Assembly (NCBI GenBank): GCA_013265495.1
Contig: MU058065.1
Coordinates: 310,001-374,000, forward strand
Origin: Vicugna vicugna
Lineage: Eukaryota
Direction: 5' to 3'
DNA: 64,000 nucleotides
Positions 1 through 12,363 of the stretch are shown here, piece after piece. The notes below the pieces were generated by a model that saw nothing but the letters and a program-made list of their open reading frames with translations, was not told where the DNA came from and ran no database searches. The translations under genes were made by a program, and so were the position numbers. Within the stretch, counting starts at the first letter, position 1; every line of letters begins with the position of its first letter.

Positions 1-659
1 GTTTTATCAGAAAACCACTGGAATGGTATTGAAGTGGTGTTCTTTATATCTTGGCTTGGAAAGTCACAGTTTATTCTTTTGTGTGTCTGTTTACTCTGAA
101 TCTTCTCTCTCACATGCTGCTCTGTCAGTGGGTAAAGATAGAAGTGGCCCCAATACATAGGTCAACAGAACCAGAAGCACTGGTTGACATCCAAGTCTCG
201 CCTGTATTTCTGAAGCAACTTTGCTCTTATTTGCCATCATACCCCTGAATGGAACAGATGTTTATAGCTCATGGGTAAGTGTCCAGTTTATAGCACATGC
301 CTAGAGGCAGCATAGAGAGATACTTAGTTCTGATGCTACAGATGAAATGCCCGCAGAATATACGGGAAGAAAGGTCTGCGTAATATACCGTTAAGCTCTG
401 AGTCCTTTTTATCAAAACAAGGTGTAGTCACCTTTATATAGATGGTGCCAGAGGGTTTCAAGTTATATCACGAGTTACTCAGGAAGAGTTTGAAGAAAAA
501 CAGCAGGGTATTCCATTAAAAGTCAAAGAAAGATTCAAACATCCCTTTTAATCCTGCTCAAAATTAGACCCAGAAAGGGTGAAAATAGAAGCATACAAAT
601 GTCATACTTATTTTGACTATGTTGATATTGTGAAAAATAAAAATAAAAATTTTGGTAAG

Positions 660-1140
660 GAGAGGCATCATGGAAAAGTCCAGGGTTATGTGCTCTGGAA
701 CCCAGCTTTGAATTCTGATGTGAATCTTAGTGCTGCCATGCACACCTGTGGCCTCCATCCATTCCTTATTCACTGTGGTTCAATTTCCTCTTTCTCAAGA
801 TGGGGCTAATAATAGTACCTACTCCACAGGCCGACCGCAAGGATTAAATGAGAAAACACATGTAAAGAATTGAAAACAGCAAAAGATTATACTGTATAGC
901 ACAGGAAAATATACACAAGGTCTTGTCGTAGCTCACAGTGAAAAAGAATGTGACAATAAATACATGTATGTTCATGTATAACTGAAAAATTGTGCTCTGC
1001 ACTGGAAACTGACACAACATTGTAAACTGACTATAACTCAATTAAAAAAAATCTAGAATTAGCAAAAAAAAAAAAAAAGAAAAAAAGAAAAAAGAAAACA
1101 GCACTGGCACATAGTAAGCCCACAGTATGTATTGACTTTT
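660..1140 (+). mobile_element. MIR SINE, split by a young L1 insertion
   Basis: MIR core and 3' motifs (gatggggctaataatagtacctac...ggattaaatgagaaaacacatgtaaag) resume after the L1 tail as cactggcacatagtaagc. Confidence 0.8.
882..1093 (+). mobile_element. Young 5'-truncated L1 3' end (camelid type) with poly(A) and TSD
   Basis: L1 3'UTR (tactgtatagcacagg...gacacaacattgtaaactgactataactcaa) and A-rich tail; direct repeat GAAAACAGCA at 872-881 and 1094-1103. Confidence 0.9.
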
Positions 1141-1180
1141 ATTTGTGTTACCTAAACAGGTGTGCTTCTATAACGTCAGG

Positions 1181-1224
1181 GTCCTTCAACAGATGAATGG
1201 ATAAAGAAGATGCAGTGTATGTGT

Positions 1225-1265
<41 letters not shown>

Positions 1266-1710
1266 GGAATATTACTCAGCCATGAAAAAGAATGAAATTT
1301 TGCCATTTGCAGCCACATGGATAGACTTGGAGGGTATTATGCTAAATGAAATAAATCAGACAGAGAAAGACAAATACTACATGACATCGTTTATATATAG
1401 AATCTTAAAAAAAACAACTAATGAATATAACAACAAAAAAAATCAGAGTCACAGATATAGAGAACAAACTGGTGGTGACCAGTGGGGAGAGGGAAGGGCA
1501 TAGGGTCAATACAGGGGTAGGGAATTAAGAGGTACAAGCTATTATGTATAAAATAAGCTACAAGGATGTATCGTACATCACAGGGAATATAGCCAATATT
1601 TTATAACAACTGTAAATGGAGTATAACTTTTAAAAATAGTGAATCAGTATATTGTACACCTGTAACATACAATATTGTACATGAACTACACTTCAATAAA
1701 AAGATAAAAA
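1181..1710 (+). mobile_element. L1 ORF2 C-terminus plus 3'UTR (5'-truncated)
   Basis: Translates as TMEYYSAMKKNEILPFAATWIDLEGIMLNEINQTEKDKY, the classic ORF2p end, then 3'UTR ending in AATAAA and an A tail; degenerate TSD gtgtg-ttcta--gtcag on both sides. Confidence 0.92.
1227..1263. repeat. (CA)n microsatellite inside L1
   Basis: Pure CA run. Confidence 0.97.
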
Positions 1711-2169
1711 GTGTGATTCTAAGTCAGCTTTTCAATAGAGGAGCTTTTTGAAATTTACCCGTAACATCATATATAACATCTTGGTTTCCATCAGGGCTTC
1801 TCAAGCTATGGCTAAGGAACAGTTTAAAAATTTTTAAATTTCTAATACGCTTGACTGGACTGATTATTTTGTAAAACACTGAAATCTGCAACCATGTGAA
1901 ATTGCTGTAAGAGTTTCTAAATGCTTCATCTTGCTTTTTCTTCTTCTCGCCTCACTGACCAGCAGCATCAGTCCAGGTCCCAGCACCGTCCACCGACGAC
2001 CCTCTGAGTAGCACTGGTTTGGATTTCACCCTTTGCCCTTTGCTGTCTGTCGTTCAGCATCTTGTTACCTTTGCCCTCGAAAGGGCGTCTCCTGTCCCTT
2101 TAGGGACTGCCCCTCCTCCATCCCATCTGCTCCAGTGGAGTCCAGAGCAGAGTGCCCTGCCCCTCCCGA

Positions 2170-2612
2170 ATGCAGGGTAGACCCACCCCTGTCCCGGCAG
2201 GAAACAGATGGCACCCTGAAGCTGGGTAATGTGAGGACAATTTAATAACGACAGGGTTTACATAATTAGGGGGCAGGATTTGGAGAAACAAACAAGAGAT
2301 AGTGCAGCACTTTGGCGCTGGGAAGAGTGGGGCACTACGGCACTTCTAAGATCAAAAGGCGAGGGGAGGAAGTGCTTACCAGGTTCTGGGGAAGGCAGCT
2401 GATGGAGAGGGCGGCCTGACAGTAACTGAGAAGTTGAGAAAAGTGATGATTCAGGGGACCAAACCCCATGAACCCTCTCTTCTCACACTCTCTAATTTCA
2501 GTGTCTCCCATCGGCCAAACCCAGCTGGAAGCCAGAGAGAAGGGTGCCCGCGATGCTGTCCAAGCAGCTCAGCCTCTTGGGCAGAGAGCAGAAATCGGTG
2601 GGCAGTGGATCA
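2170..2612 (-). mobile_element. Old ERVL-class solo LTR (LTR33-like)
   Basis: caggaaacagatggcaccctgaagctgggtaat...tttaataa resembles the antisense end of ERVL LTRs; subfamily uncertain. Confidence 0.55.
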
Positions 2613-2725
2613 CAGGATGACCAGTGCCTGCGGCTTGCCTGGGTCCGGGGGGTTTCCCGGGACGGGGAACTGTCAGGACTAAAGCTGGGCCAGCCCCAGG
2701 CAAACTGGGATGGTTGGTCACCCTG
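2613..2725. mobile_element. MER81-like hAT-Blackjack MITE
   Basis: Terminal inverted repeats caggatgacc...ggtcaccctg with internal ggggtttcccgggacg...ggcaaactgggatggttggtcaccct. Confidence 0.8.
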
Positions 2726-2838
2726 GATCTGGAGGAGCAAAGAGAGGGCAGCTTAGCGTCCCAGTCTGACCTATCATAATATGTCCATTTTCTTAGCTAC
2801 AACAATGTGTTTGCTTTGTCTATTCATCACCCAAAGCA

Positions 2839-2842
2839 GTGT

Positions 2843-2880
<38 letters not shown>
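2839..2880. repeat. (TG)n microsatellite
   Basis: Near-pure TG run. Confidence 0.97.
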
Positions 2881-2881
<1 letters not shown>

Positions 2882-3035
2882 TGCTCACGTGGCAGGGGTG
2901 GTAAGTAATCCAATGCAATTAAGTCTAATAATGAATGCAAGGCCCTAAAGGCCTCAGTGAAACGGCTGGGTGTTCTGGGCAGGGGGCTGGTCCGTTAGGG
3001 ACCTGTCGCAATTGGCATCATCTTAATCAAACTGA

Positions 3036-3135
3036 CTGGTGGTTCTCAGTTTTGACTGCACTCTGGGATCACCTGGGGAGATTTAAAATGACTGTTGCCT
3101 GGGCTCTCTCCCTGATAATCCGATTTAGTTGGTGG
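3036..3135. mobile_element. MER5-family hAT-Charlie fragment
   Basis: gtggttctca...ctgcactctgggatcacctggggagatttaaaa resembles the MER5 left arm. Confidence 0.6.
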
Positions 3136-3766
3136 AGAGGTGGCGTAGGAGATGTGGCAGCTGAGGCTGGGAAATAGGATGACCCCGAATGGGGACGCTA
3201 AGGGACTTGCTAAGGGTGGAGAAGTGCTTCAGTGTCCTGCCAGGGATGCTGGATGCAGGCTGAGAGCAAGTGACGGCCTTCCTGCCCATCAGCAGGCACC
3301 AGGGCCTTGTGTAAGCGTCCTGCCTTGGTAGGCGTGAGACACTGCACATCGCAGGCTCCCCCAGGGACCCCATCTGGAGAGGGCAGGGGGTGTCAGGGCT
3401 CTCCCAACTGTCTCCTACCCAAAGTCATACCTTAGGAGCATGAGGCTGGGTCTTTAGTGGGAGGCTCTGTCCTGCCTCCCGTGTCTGAGGGAAAGCTTGC
3501 CCTCCCAAGTCCTGGCAGCATGACTGTCGCAGGGAGCACGGGTTTTAGTGCTTCTGCATAAGGATAATGACACTTATGGACTGTTAGCTGCTCTTCCCAG
3601 AAGCACTTGAGAGAATCGCGGACACTGTTAAGCAAATGCCGCCTGCAGCACAGGGTCAGGATTAGGGGGAGGCAAGAGAGGCGCTCAGGGCACAAAGCTG
3701 AGGGAGGCAGTCACCCAAGCTCGGAGGACAAGTGCTTCCTTCAAATCCCACCCTTGATGCCTTTCT

Positions 3767-3923
3767 TTCTTCTTCTTTTTTTTTTAAATTTATTCTTTTG
3801 GCTCTTTTTGAGGGAGGAGGTAATTAAGTTTTTATTTATTTATTTTTAATGGAGGCACTGGGGATTGAACCCAGGACCTCACGAATGCTAGGCATGTGCT
3901 CTACCACTGAGCTATACCCTTCC
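3767..3923 (-). mobile_element. tRNA-derived SINE (Vic-1-like) with 18-bp TSD
   Basis: Minus strand carries an A box (tagctcagtggtagagc), B box (gggttcaatccc) and A-rich tail; TSD CACCCTTGATGCCTTTCT 3749-3766 / CACCCTTGGTGCCTTTCT 3924-3941. Confidence 0.92.
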
Positions 3924-5679
3924 CACCCTTGGTGCCTTTCTAACCTCACTTCATCCTTGCCCTGTGTTGCAACCCACAAGTCATCTAGAATCGCCCATTT
4001 GACAGGCAGCTCACGTGTGCTTTTCTAACTTTAGATTGACTGGGGAGGGGTGTCAGGCACGAGGAGATCCCCCATCGTACCCCACAGTTCATTTGGCTCT
4101 CTCCACAGTGACATGGATGGCAGCCACTTCAGCATTTCAATGGCCCTGAAGGACCTACCTGCATCTCTTGGAAGTAACATCTTGGTTGGGCCCCTCGTGG
4201 TAGATTTCTGTGAGTGCCGTACAGCCTCGACCTGAAGACAGACCGCTGAAATCCACCTTTCACATTGGAAGATGAGCTGGACGTCATTTCCAAGCCGCTA
4301 TGGGAGATGACTGACTGCCTCTTCCTTTGTGGCCCCTCACTGATGTGCATGCAGTCAGTTGCACACATAAGCTCCACCTTTGCTAATGTGCAAATCAATT
4401 TCATATGATGTGGTTTCAAACAGAAACTTCATTTTATTACATGGATTTATCTTCTTGCTCTCAATCACTGACTCTCTAACAGTGAATCTGAGAGTTTAGT
4501 TATGAGTCAGTTTATAAATTTGTGTATATATATATATGTTTTTCCTTTTAAATTAGAATTCAATATTCTTTCTTCCCAACAATGAAATCACTCTCAGCCC
4601 TCTCGTCATGGGAGATTCTTGGCATCGGAGTTCTGAAGTGTCTTTCAAGTAAAGGGCGCTTGAGAGGAGGGCTCCAGCTTTTATTGGTGTTATGGGGCAC
4701 CTAGCACTTGGCAATACTTAGCACAAGTAAAAGTATAACAGCCACTTTGTACTCGTCATGCAATAAAGGCATTGCTTATCACTGAACACGCCACGCAGTT
4801 AATGCTTAATAATTCTAGTTTCAGTATCTAACGGCTAACAGCCAGAACGTATCCTGACCTGACCCTTTTTGTTTGTATAAAGGGACTTAAACTGGTGAAT
4901 CCACACAGAAGGGCACTGTTGGGATGGCTCTCAGCTATTGTCTATTACCCTAAGGCCAAGAAAATGGGCTGATAGACTTGAGGGAGCATAAAACTGGGGA
5001 GTCTGCGCTGGTGACTGGGGTCTAAATGGAGATGAGGGCATGCTTGCCCTGGATGCCCCTTGGTGCTGGACGAGCCCCCCCCTGCTCAGATCTAGATGAA
5101 TCAGGACACGCCTGCTGCTGGACTTTCTTCACTCCTGTCCTAGTGCACAGGGGAAGCAGCAGCTGCTTGGAGATTCTGATGCCTAAACCTTGGCTCGGGC
5201 CCGGGAGGGTGGGGTATGGATATCCATTAACACTGCGCTTTCATTTTTTTTTAACATTAAAAAAAAAAATCTTTGGAAATCACTTTCCCTTCACCACCAT
5301 TATTGATTTTCCAGTATTGATAAATTTGGGGGAAAAAAAGCCCATTTGCTTGTAAATCAAGCAGACATTTGCATTTATATTAACAAGGGGCTCGTTGTCG
5401 TGAATTATTTATCATTTTTCAGTTATCCTGAAAGTTGGAGTCTCTGGTTTCCATTTCTCAGCCAAGGCAAGTTTTCGATGACCAGGTTGCCCATTCCAAG
5501 TCAAGTGGGCTTTCTAACTCATCTAAGATGAGACCCTCCCTACATGGGGCAAGTACACATGTGCGTGCTGAACGAACTTTTATATAGATTTCTTTTGTGG
5601 AAAGGTCAGCGTTTTGAGATTTCATTCCCTGTTGTTACGGAAATCCTTTGGTTCATTTGCTAGCATTGTTGGTGAACTT

Positions 5680-6060
5680 CTAGTATGGAAATTTTCAAGC
5701 ATTCACTAAAGCAGAGAGAGCAGCATGATGAACTCCTCGCTACCGGCGTCCACCTCCCACAATGACCAACATTTTGCCAATTTCGTCCCATCTACCTCCA
5801 GCCTCTTGTTTTATTTTCGTTGTTTGGCTTGCTGAAATATTCTAAAGCAAACCCTAGAGACCTTTCACCCTCAAATGCCTCAGAGAACAGATAAAGACTT
5901 TAAAAAACTCAGAATCATATATACCATTATCACGCCTAATCAAACGATCACAATTATTTAATACCATCTAATCCCAATCCATGATTTTAAAATGTCTAAT
6001 TGTATTTGGTTTCTTGACTCACGACCCAATATTTGTTGCTGTTTGATGTCAATCTCTTAA
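5680..6060 (-). mobile_element. Ancient L1 3' end (L1MC4/5-like)
   Basis: atggaaattttcaagcat...ttctaaagcaaaccctaga...ataccattatcacgcctaa resembles antisense L1MC 3'UTR. Confidence 0.65.
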
Positions 6061-6069
6061 ACTTGTTAA

Positions 6070-7030
6070 GGATTACTGAGTACCCATTATGCGCTAGGAG
6101 CAGGGGCAATGAAGACCAACATAACTTGGTCCCTGACCTGGATGTGGCCTCAGTTTTGCAGAGAAGACAGGCACAGAAATACTACCTCTAACCTATATAC
6201 AGAGCCGGGAAGGTAAAATGTAGTTGTGTGTCTTATGCAGTGAGCACATAGGGAGGGCGACCCGGCAGGATGGAGGCATGAAAGCAAGACGACTCAGAGT
6301 CCAGTCGCCAACAGCTATGAAGCAATTGCTATGTGCAGGGGTTATTTCAATTGTGTATCAACGTATTTAGTCCCTTCAACCTTCCACAGTGTTGTTACAC
6401 CTATTCTGCACACTGAGGCACGGAATGGTTAGATAATGTAAAAAGATGAGTAGGAGTTTGACAGATAGCAGGTTGGGGCAGGGTATTTGGGCAGAGGGAA
6501 TCCACTGAGGTAGGAACCCTGGTGTCAAAGTTCCCGCAGAGGCATCCAAGGCGGCTGATGTGTGTCTGAGATGCTTTGAGGTGGGGAGGGGGTATGCCAG
6601 GTGCAGAACTTGAGGGAGTGGCTGTAAACATCTGCTGACTGGAGGTTGGGTTCTTTTTTTTAAACATTTATTTATTGATTTTTTTTTACTTTATCTTATT
6701 TAAAAAATTTTTTTGGGGGGGGTTGGAGGTAATTAGATCACCTATTTATTTATTTATTTTTGGTGGAAGTCCTGGGGGTTGAACCCAGGACCTTGTGCAT
6801 ACTCATCACATGCTCTACCACTGAGCTACACCTTCCCTGCCAGGACTCTTTTCTTTTAGGAAATGGGATACCACTGAAAGTTTGAAAGAAGATAGTGATA
6901 AAATCGGATTTGTATTTTGGAAAGAAAAATTTGCTGGCCTCATGAAGGATACAGTGGAATAAGGATTCCCTGAGGAAAGTCTGGGAGAAAGAGCTGCAGT
7001 GGGACAAGCCGGGGGAGGAGGAAGACCTAG
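6070..7030 (-). mobile_element. L2 LINE fragments, interrupted by a SINE
   Basis: ttactgagtacccattatgcgctagg (L2 3' end antisense), gatgagtaggagtt...ggcagagggaa, ggatttgtattttggaaaga. Confidence 0.7.
6652..6837 (-). mobile_element. tRNA-derived SINE (Vic-1-like)
   Basis: ttgaacccaggaccttgtgcat...tgctctaccactgagctacacc preceded by a T-rich tail. Confidence 0.9.
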
Positions 7031-7079
7031 TCCACGCTGATGTTTTCCTAAAGATACTCAGGACGCTCTGTTCCTAACT

Positions 7080-7188
7080 GTAAAATAATGCACTCTCATT
7101 GTAGAACATTTGGAAAAGACATAAAGAGGAAGAAAAATTCCTATACTTCCAAAAGAGATAGCTTCTCAGATTTTGGTATATCTTTTTC

Positions 7189-7232
<44 letters not shown>

Positions 7233-7430
7233 TTTTCTTTTTTCCAACATTTTGATCATAATTATATACAGTTTTGAATTCTGTCGCACTTAATATTATG
7301 CCTTAATATTTTCAATGTCATCAGGGATTAAAAAACATGCTTTTGAATGAACATGTTATTTCATCCAACAATGACATCATCATTTATTAATTATCCTTCT
7401 ATTGTCGGGCATTTCAGTTATTTACAGGTT
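7080..7430 (-). mobile_element. Ancient L1ME-type 3' fragment containing (CA)n at 7195-7229
   Basis: cattgtagaacatttggaaaa...ttttggtatatctttttccag...ccttctattgtcgggcattt. Confidence 0.55.
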
Positions 7431-9415
7431 TCATTTTTCTCCGTCTGCATTTTGGAGAGCGACCTTTGTTGGTATTTATACCAAACTTCCACACCCAAGT
7501 CAGAGTGGAGTCCTTGATCGCCCATTGCTTTGAGTAATTACTCAAGTTTTCCACTGAAACCAACCTCTCATGCCCAAAGGCAGCCAGCCGGAAGCCACAA
7601 GGAGACATGGGACTTCATTAAGCTGGGGTGCAGTCCAGACTGATAGCTCCAAACTCCACCCACCCCCGTGTATTTTGGAAAACAGCTCATCAGGTTGACT
7701 GGGCTTGGACCTGGCTTTGGGAATCAACTCCTGCTGTTACTGCTGCCAGCACACATACCTTCTGGATGCTCTTCACTTAACACAACAGCCGCCCTTTTAA
7801 TCTATTACAAGCTACTTCCGTCATAGAAAGGAGTGAGAATGAAAATCCCTGATTCTGAAAATCTGAAAAGAAGTTGCACATTGCTCAACTCCTGGAAGTA
7901 GATCTTATTTTGCAAAAAACATTCAAACTACTCAAATATTCCTTATAGTAAGTGCATCTAATGTTTCCTAAATCATTTTTCACTGTAACCCTAAATTGAT
8001 CTTTTGAATTCTTTCAAAGAATGTTCTGGTTAGATTACTTGGGAATCTGGGTACAAAATACGACCTGTCCAGTTTTTATGTGTAAACTTATCAGACCATA
8101 TCGAATTGAATGATAGGAATTAGAGGTAATGGATCTAATCAATTATTTACCCTCCTCTAAAGTAACATGATAAACCAGCTGAACAGTGTGAAAATGCAGG
8201 GAATTTAGTGGGTGGTGCTCCGGATTAAAAAAAGAGCAGGAAAATGAAGAAGAAAATGACAAAAGCAATAGAAAGGGGTCATGTTCCCAAGGAAATATTT
8301 CTTCAATAGTCCATTTGGATGTGTCCAAAATTTGCTGTTTATATTCAATGTATTTTGACCATTGCTAAAGTCAGTGATTTATTAATTTAATTGTTGACTT
8401 GGAGATACATCACCATGGACCATTCGGAGGCTAGCCGCACCTGAGAAAAGTTTGTGTGCACCACAAGCATCCATCGCCCTGAGCATCCAGCCGGTCCCTG
8501 GGAGAGAGGAGTCAGGCAGCTTTCCTCAAGAGACAGCACATTGATCCTTGAAAACCCCTTTCAGCAAAGGCAGCCCGCGTCTCTGTGAGAGATGTTACTT
8601 CTTCACCTCCCTCAAGAGAGTGAGGGGAGCTTTTCTCGCAGAGTCTGACAGGATGTGGTTGGGTCAGGGATCTGAATCTGAAGCTCCACATTCCTTTCTG
8701 ATTTTAGGAAGCACCATTCTGAAGCCTAGTGTACCTTGGAGTTCCTTCTAAGACATCTCTGCAGTGATGCAGTCATGATGACAGAGCAGGCATTTATTGT
8801 TTGTTGTCTGCTGAAAAGGAGAAGAACAACATGTTAAGGAACTGTGTACATGGAAGGTGAGAAAACGGAGTGTTGGAAAAACAAAACAGTTCACTGAAAG
8901 GCCATCATTTGCCAAGGATATAAACATGAATCCATCTAGTGAAGGGCAGCCATTGTCACTGTGATGTGACCATCTCCTTTTCTTTCTGTTGACTTTCTCA
9001 GAAAAGAAATAAAAGAAGAACAAAGGTCATGATCCAGGCAGCATTGATGGGCTATGGGTTGGGGTGGGGGACAGAGAAAGGAAGCAACGGGTTTAGGCAA
9101 TGTCTTTGCATTTTATTTCTTGCCTTCCTAGGATAGGTTTTCTTTATATTTGTGTGTTAGGAGTCAGGTCATATCTCAGAATTCCCAGGAAGAGTTGATC
9201 AGACAATTTTACCCTTAGTTCCAGTATTGGGGAATTACCATGGTGACTTTTTAAAAGCATTCTGCTTTATCTATTTCTGTAAATTATGAAAAATTTGAAA
9301 CATAGAAAAATAATTAAAAAGAGATGGGATTCTCATAATTTTGTCATACAAAGAAGACCTCTGTTTTGTTTGTGTCTCTTCTTCCAGTCTTTGGAGTTTT
9401 CCATACACACATAGA

Positions 9416-9605
9416 ACATCGTGTCAAGACTATAACATCTTTGGAGTCAGGTGGATCTCAACTCCAGCACATGTTCTCCTACCAGCTGTGTGAACCTGGA
9501 CATGTAACTTAGCCTTGCTAAGCTGTTTTCTCTTATATGAAATGAAGACAAAATTGCATAAAATGTATGGTGAATGTAAGAATTAAGTGAGCTTATGTGT
9601 GACAG
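9416..9605 (+). mobile_element. MIR SINE
   Basis: ctttggagtcag...cctaccagctgtgtgaacctggacatgtaacttagcct...gaattaagtgag. Confidence 0.75.
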
Positions 9606-10358
9606 ATTCATTATTATGTTTCAGCTAGTGTTGATACAGTAGCCAAAGTTAACACTACCAGAGGTGTGTGATAACATAGAACATATACCACTTCTTGATT
9701 TTCCACTCAACATTAGAACATGTTCTCTAGATTATTACAAACTCAACACAATCATATTTAACATATTTTACTAAAGTGTTCTCACATTTTGCACATTTAG
9801 TTTCATTTCAACTTCTACTATTTTAAGAATTCTTTCTTCTAGAAAAATTATCAAGGAGTGAATAGCAGAAGAGATAATAGGAAAAATTATATAAAATCAG
9901 AGAGGAAGCAAAATAAAGAGTTCAATCCACTAGCACACGTGGCTAGAACATGCCGAAGCTTTTTGAATGTAACAGTTTGTTTCCGCACCTTGCATTTTCA
10001 TTCATGGAAAATTATTGCAAATTGACAGAATGGCAAGTTGGTGGGAAGACCTCGTTGTGGCTGGTGGGAATTCTTGCTAGCGATCAATGAGAAAGCAAAT
10101 GCTTCCTTTCAGAGTCTTTTGGTTGGAAGCAGTCAAAACAGAGGCATCAAATCACTGGGAAATAGTTCAGTGGAAAACCACACGACAAAAAGGTCAGAAA
10201 ATAGATTGTGAACAGTTGGAGGGATTAGAGGTTCTGTGGAGACAGGATCTAAGCTGAACTCCTAAAAGGCAGGGGGAACTCGGACGCCCTGAGAGGAGCA
10301 GGGGTGCTCTCCTGCCGCGGGCAAAGATGGCGCAGGGGGCAGAGGATGTGAGCAAATA

Positions 10359-10515
10359 GGGGCGGGTCTGGCTCAAGCGGTAGAGTGCATGCTTGGCATG
10401 CACCAGGCACCTGGGTTCAATCCCCAGCACCTCCTTTAAAAATAAATAAGATAAATAGACCTAATCACTAACCCCCCCCCCAAAAAAAACACTCAAAAAA
10501 ATAAATTAAAAAAAG
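10359..10515 (+). mobile_element. tRNA-derived SINE (Vic-1-like)
   Basis: ggctcaagcggtagagtgcatgcttggcatgcac...ctgggttcaatccccagcacctcc, then the aataaa/cctaat...ccccc tail shared with the other copies. Confidence 0.9.
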
Positions 10516-11409
10516 AAAAGGATGGGGGCCAAAATGAGAGTGTGTGTGTTGCAACGAAGAGTTTGGCCTATTAGAGTGGAAAGCAGTGTTACACAGCAGA
10601 GAGGGAAGTATATGGGCTTGGCTAAGGAGACGAGCGCTAAGGAAGGGAAATGGGTTAAAATACAATTGTAGATTTTTAAGTGGGCACGTGGAAGCTAAGA
10701 GAAGACATTGCTGATAATCATCATATAAACTTATGTTCTCCTAAAGTGAGGAATTGTAGTGGCGTCAAAGTCATGTGCAGCCCACTGTGGAAACTTCCTC
10801 AGCAGGAATGCCATGGCCACTGTCTATAAACTTTTGGATTGAAGCTCCTCCTCTGTTATTGTCCTTAGAGAACTCCACCCTCCGCACCCCTGCCCCATGA
10901 ACCCCAAGTCACACAGGCACGTTTCATTTGGCGCATCTAAGACACAAGGATGAACCTAGGTCCCAGTTACAAAGGAGTCAGTGACTGCAAACTTTCTGGG
11001 CTGATTGTGTAAAAAAATTATCAGAGTATAAAAAGATGGTGTCAAAGTATTTTACACTTGTTAGATGAATGAATATCTGTTACTATGTGTTTTTCAGGAG
11101 AAGGGTGAGATGTAAACATCTTTTTACTTTCTGACATGATAGAATCCAATAATGTCCCTTCTTGAATTTACAGTGGAGAAGAAAAGTCCTTTATCACCCT
11201 TTTGGTCTTGATGAAATATCTGAACTCTTGACTCTGTGACAGCCACGATCATGGAAGTTTGCATATGTTGAAGGATCGCAAGTGAAGAGTTTGTCCTACT
11301 TAAATTTAATTTGATAGATATTTCATGAGCACTCACGGAAGTGCCAGGACCTATGTGAGGGGCTGGTAGTCCTTTAACCTTCCGTAACTTCATATTCTTT
11401 TTACTCCCT

Positions 11410-11750
11410 GTTGTCAGCCAGCTTTCCGTATCTATGGAGACAAACCACCCCTAAATCTTAGTGACTTAAATCACCATCACCATTTCTTACTCCCCATCAT
11501 GGGACCCAGGCTGCAGGATGACCCATATTGGGACACTGCTGGTCTGAAGCCAAAAGGAAAGAGTTATATAGAACCAGGCAATGGCTGCTTTAAGCTTCTG
11601 CTCAGAACTGGTCCACATCACCTCTGCTCACATTTCGTTGGTCAGCCCAGGCATAATGGCTAAGCCTGATGTCAGTGGTGTGGGAACACAGAATCCTCTC
11701 TCAGGGAGTGGTAGTCAAAAATTGAGAAGAGTAATACAATTTTCCACACT
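11410..11750 (-). mobile_element. Old MaLR LTR (MLT1K/L-like)
   Basis: acaaaccacccctaaatcttagtgacttaaa...catcacctctgctcacatttcgttggtcag...atggctaagcctga. Confidence 0.7.
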
Positions 11751-11999
11751 CCATCTCAGCTTGGCCATCTTCCTCCAGAGGCTAGGTAGCTCTTTCTTCA
11801 AAGCTGACTCGCAGAATTAAAAGTGAATATTCCTTTGGTGGTCTTGCCAGTACAATATACAGACGTGTTAGCCCTGATTTGGACCATATATTGGGAATAA
11901 ACTAGGAGCTTCACACATGAAGTACTTTTCTAGAGAGGAAATATTTCTCTGCTTGTGTGATTTCCTCAAAGACATTCTTCAGATCCCTTCTACCCCACC

Positions 12000-12363
12000 T
12001 GTTACAGACTGAACTGCATCCCCTCAAATTCAGAGATTGAAACCTTAACCCACAATGTGACTGAATTTGGAGATAGGGCCTCTAAATAGGTAATTTAGGT
12101 TAAATGAATTCGTAAGGGTGGGGCTCTAATCCAATATAACCAGCATCCTTATAAGAAGAGGCAGAGGCACAGAGGAAAGGCCATGTGAAGACACAGTGAG
12201 AAGGTGGCACCTGCAAGCCAGGAAGAGATGCCTCAGCAGAAATTTACCCTGCCTGTATCTTGATCTTGAACGTCTAGCCTCCAGAACTGTGTGAAATAAA
12301 TTTCTGTTGTTTAAGCCACACGGTCTGCGGCATTTTGTTATGGCAGCCCAGGCTGAGTAATAG
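12000..12363 (+). mobile_element. MaLR solo LTR (MLT1A/MLT1A0-like)
   Basis: TG start; tttggagatagggcc, ccttataagaagagg, agcctccagaactgtg, aataaatttctgttgtttaagccac. Confidence 0.9.

Noticed and set aside
129..280. Strong donor TGG|GTAAGT at 272-280 suggesting a coding exon
   Set aside because: Each upstream acceptor I tried (after 128 and 159) gives stops in all frames. An isolated donor is not enough, though a UTR or lncRNA exon is not excluded.
402..551. Protein-looking open frame (KTRCSHLYIDGARGFQVISRVTQEEFEEKQQGIPLKVKERFKHPF)
   Set aside because: Only 49 codons, no start or splice support, and no family I recognise. BLASTX would be needed to call a pseudogene.
7530..7545. Perfect 16-bp palindrome TTGAGTAATTACTCAA
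   Set aside because: About one palindrome of this length is expected by chance in 64 kb, and there is no supporting context.
10359..10435. tRNA gene (A and B boxes present)
   Set aside because: It continues into the SINE linker and A tail and has five diverged siblings in the window, so it is a SINE head.
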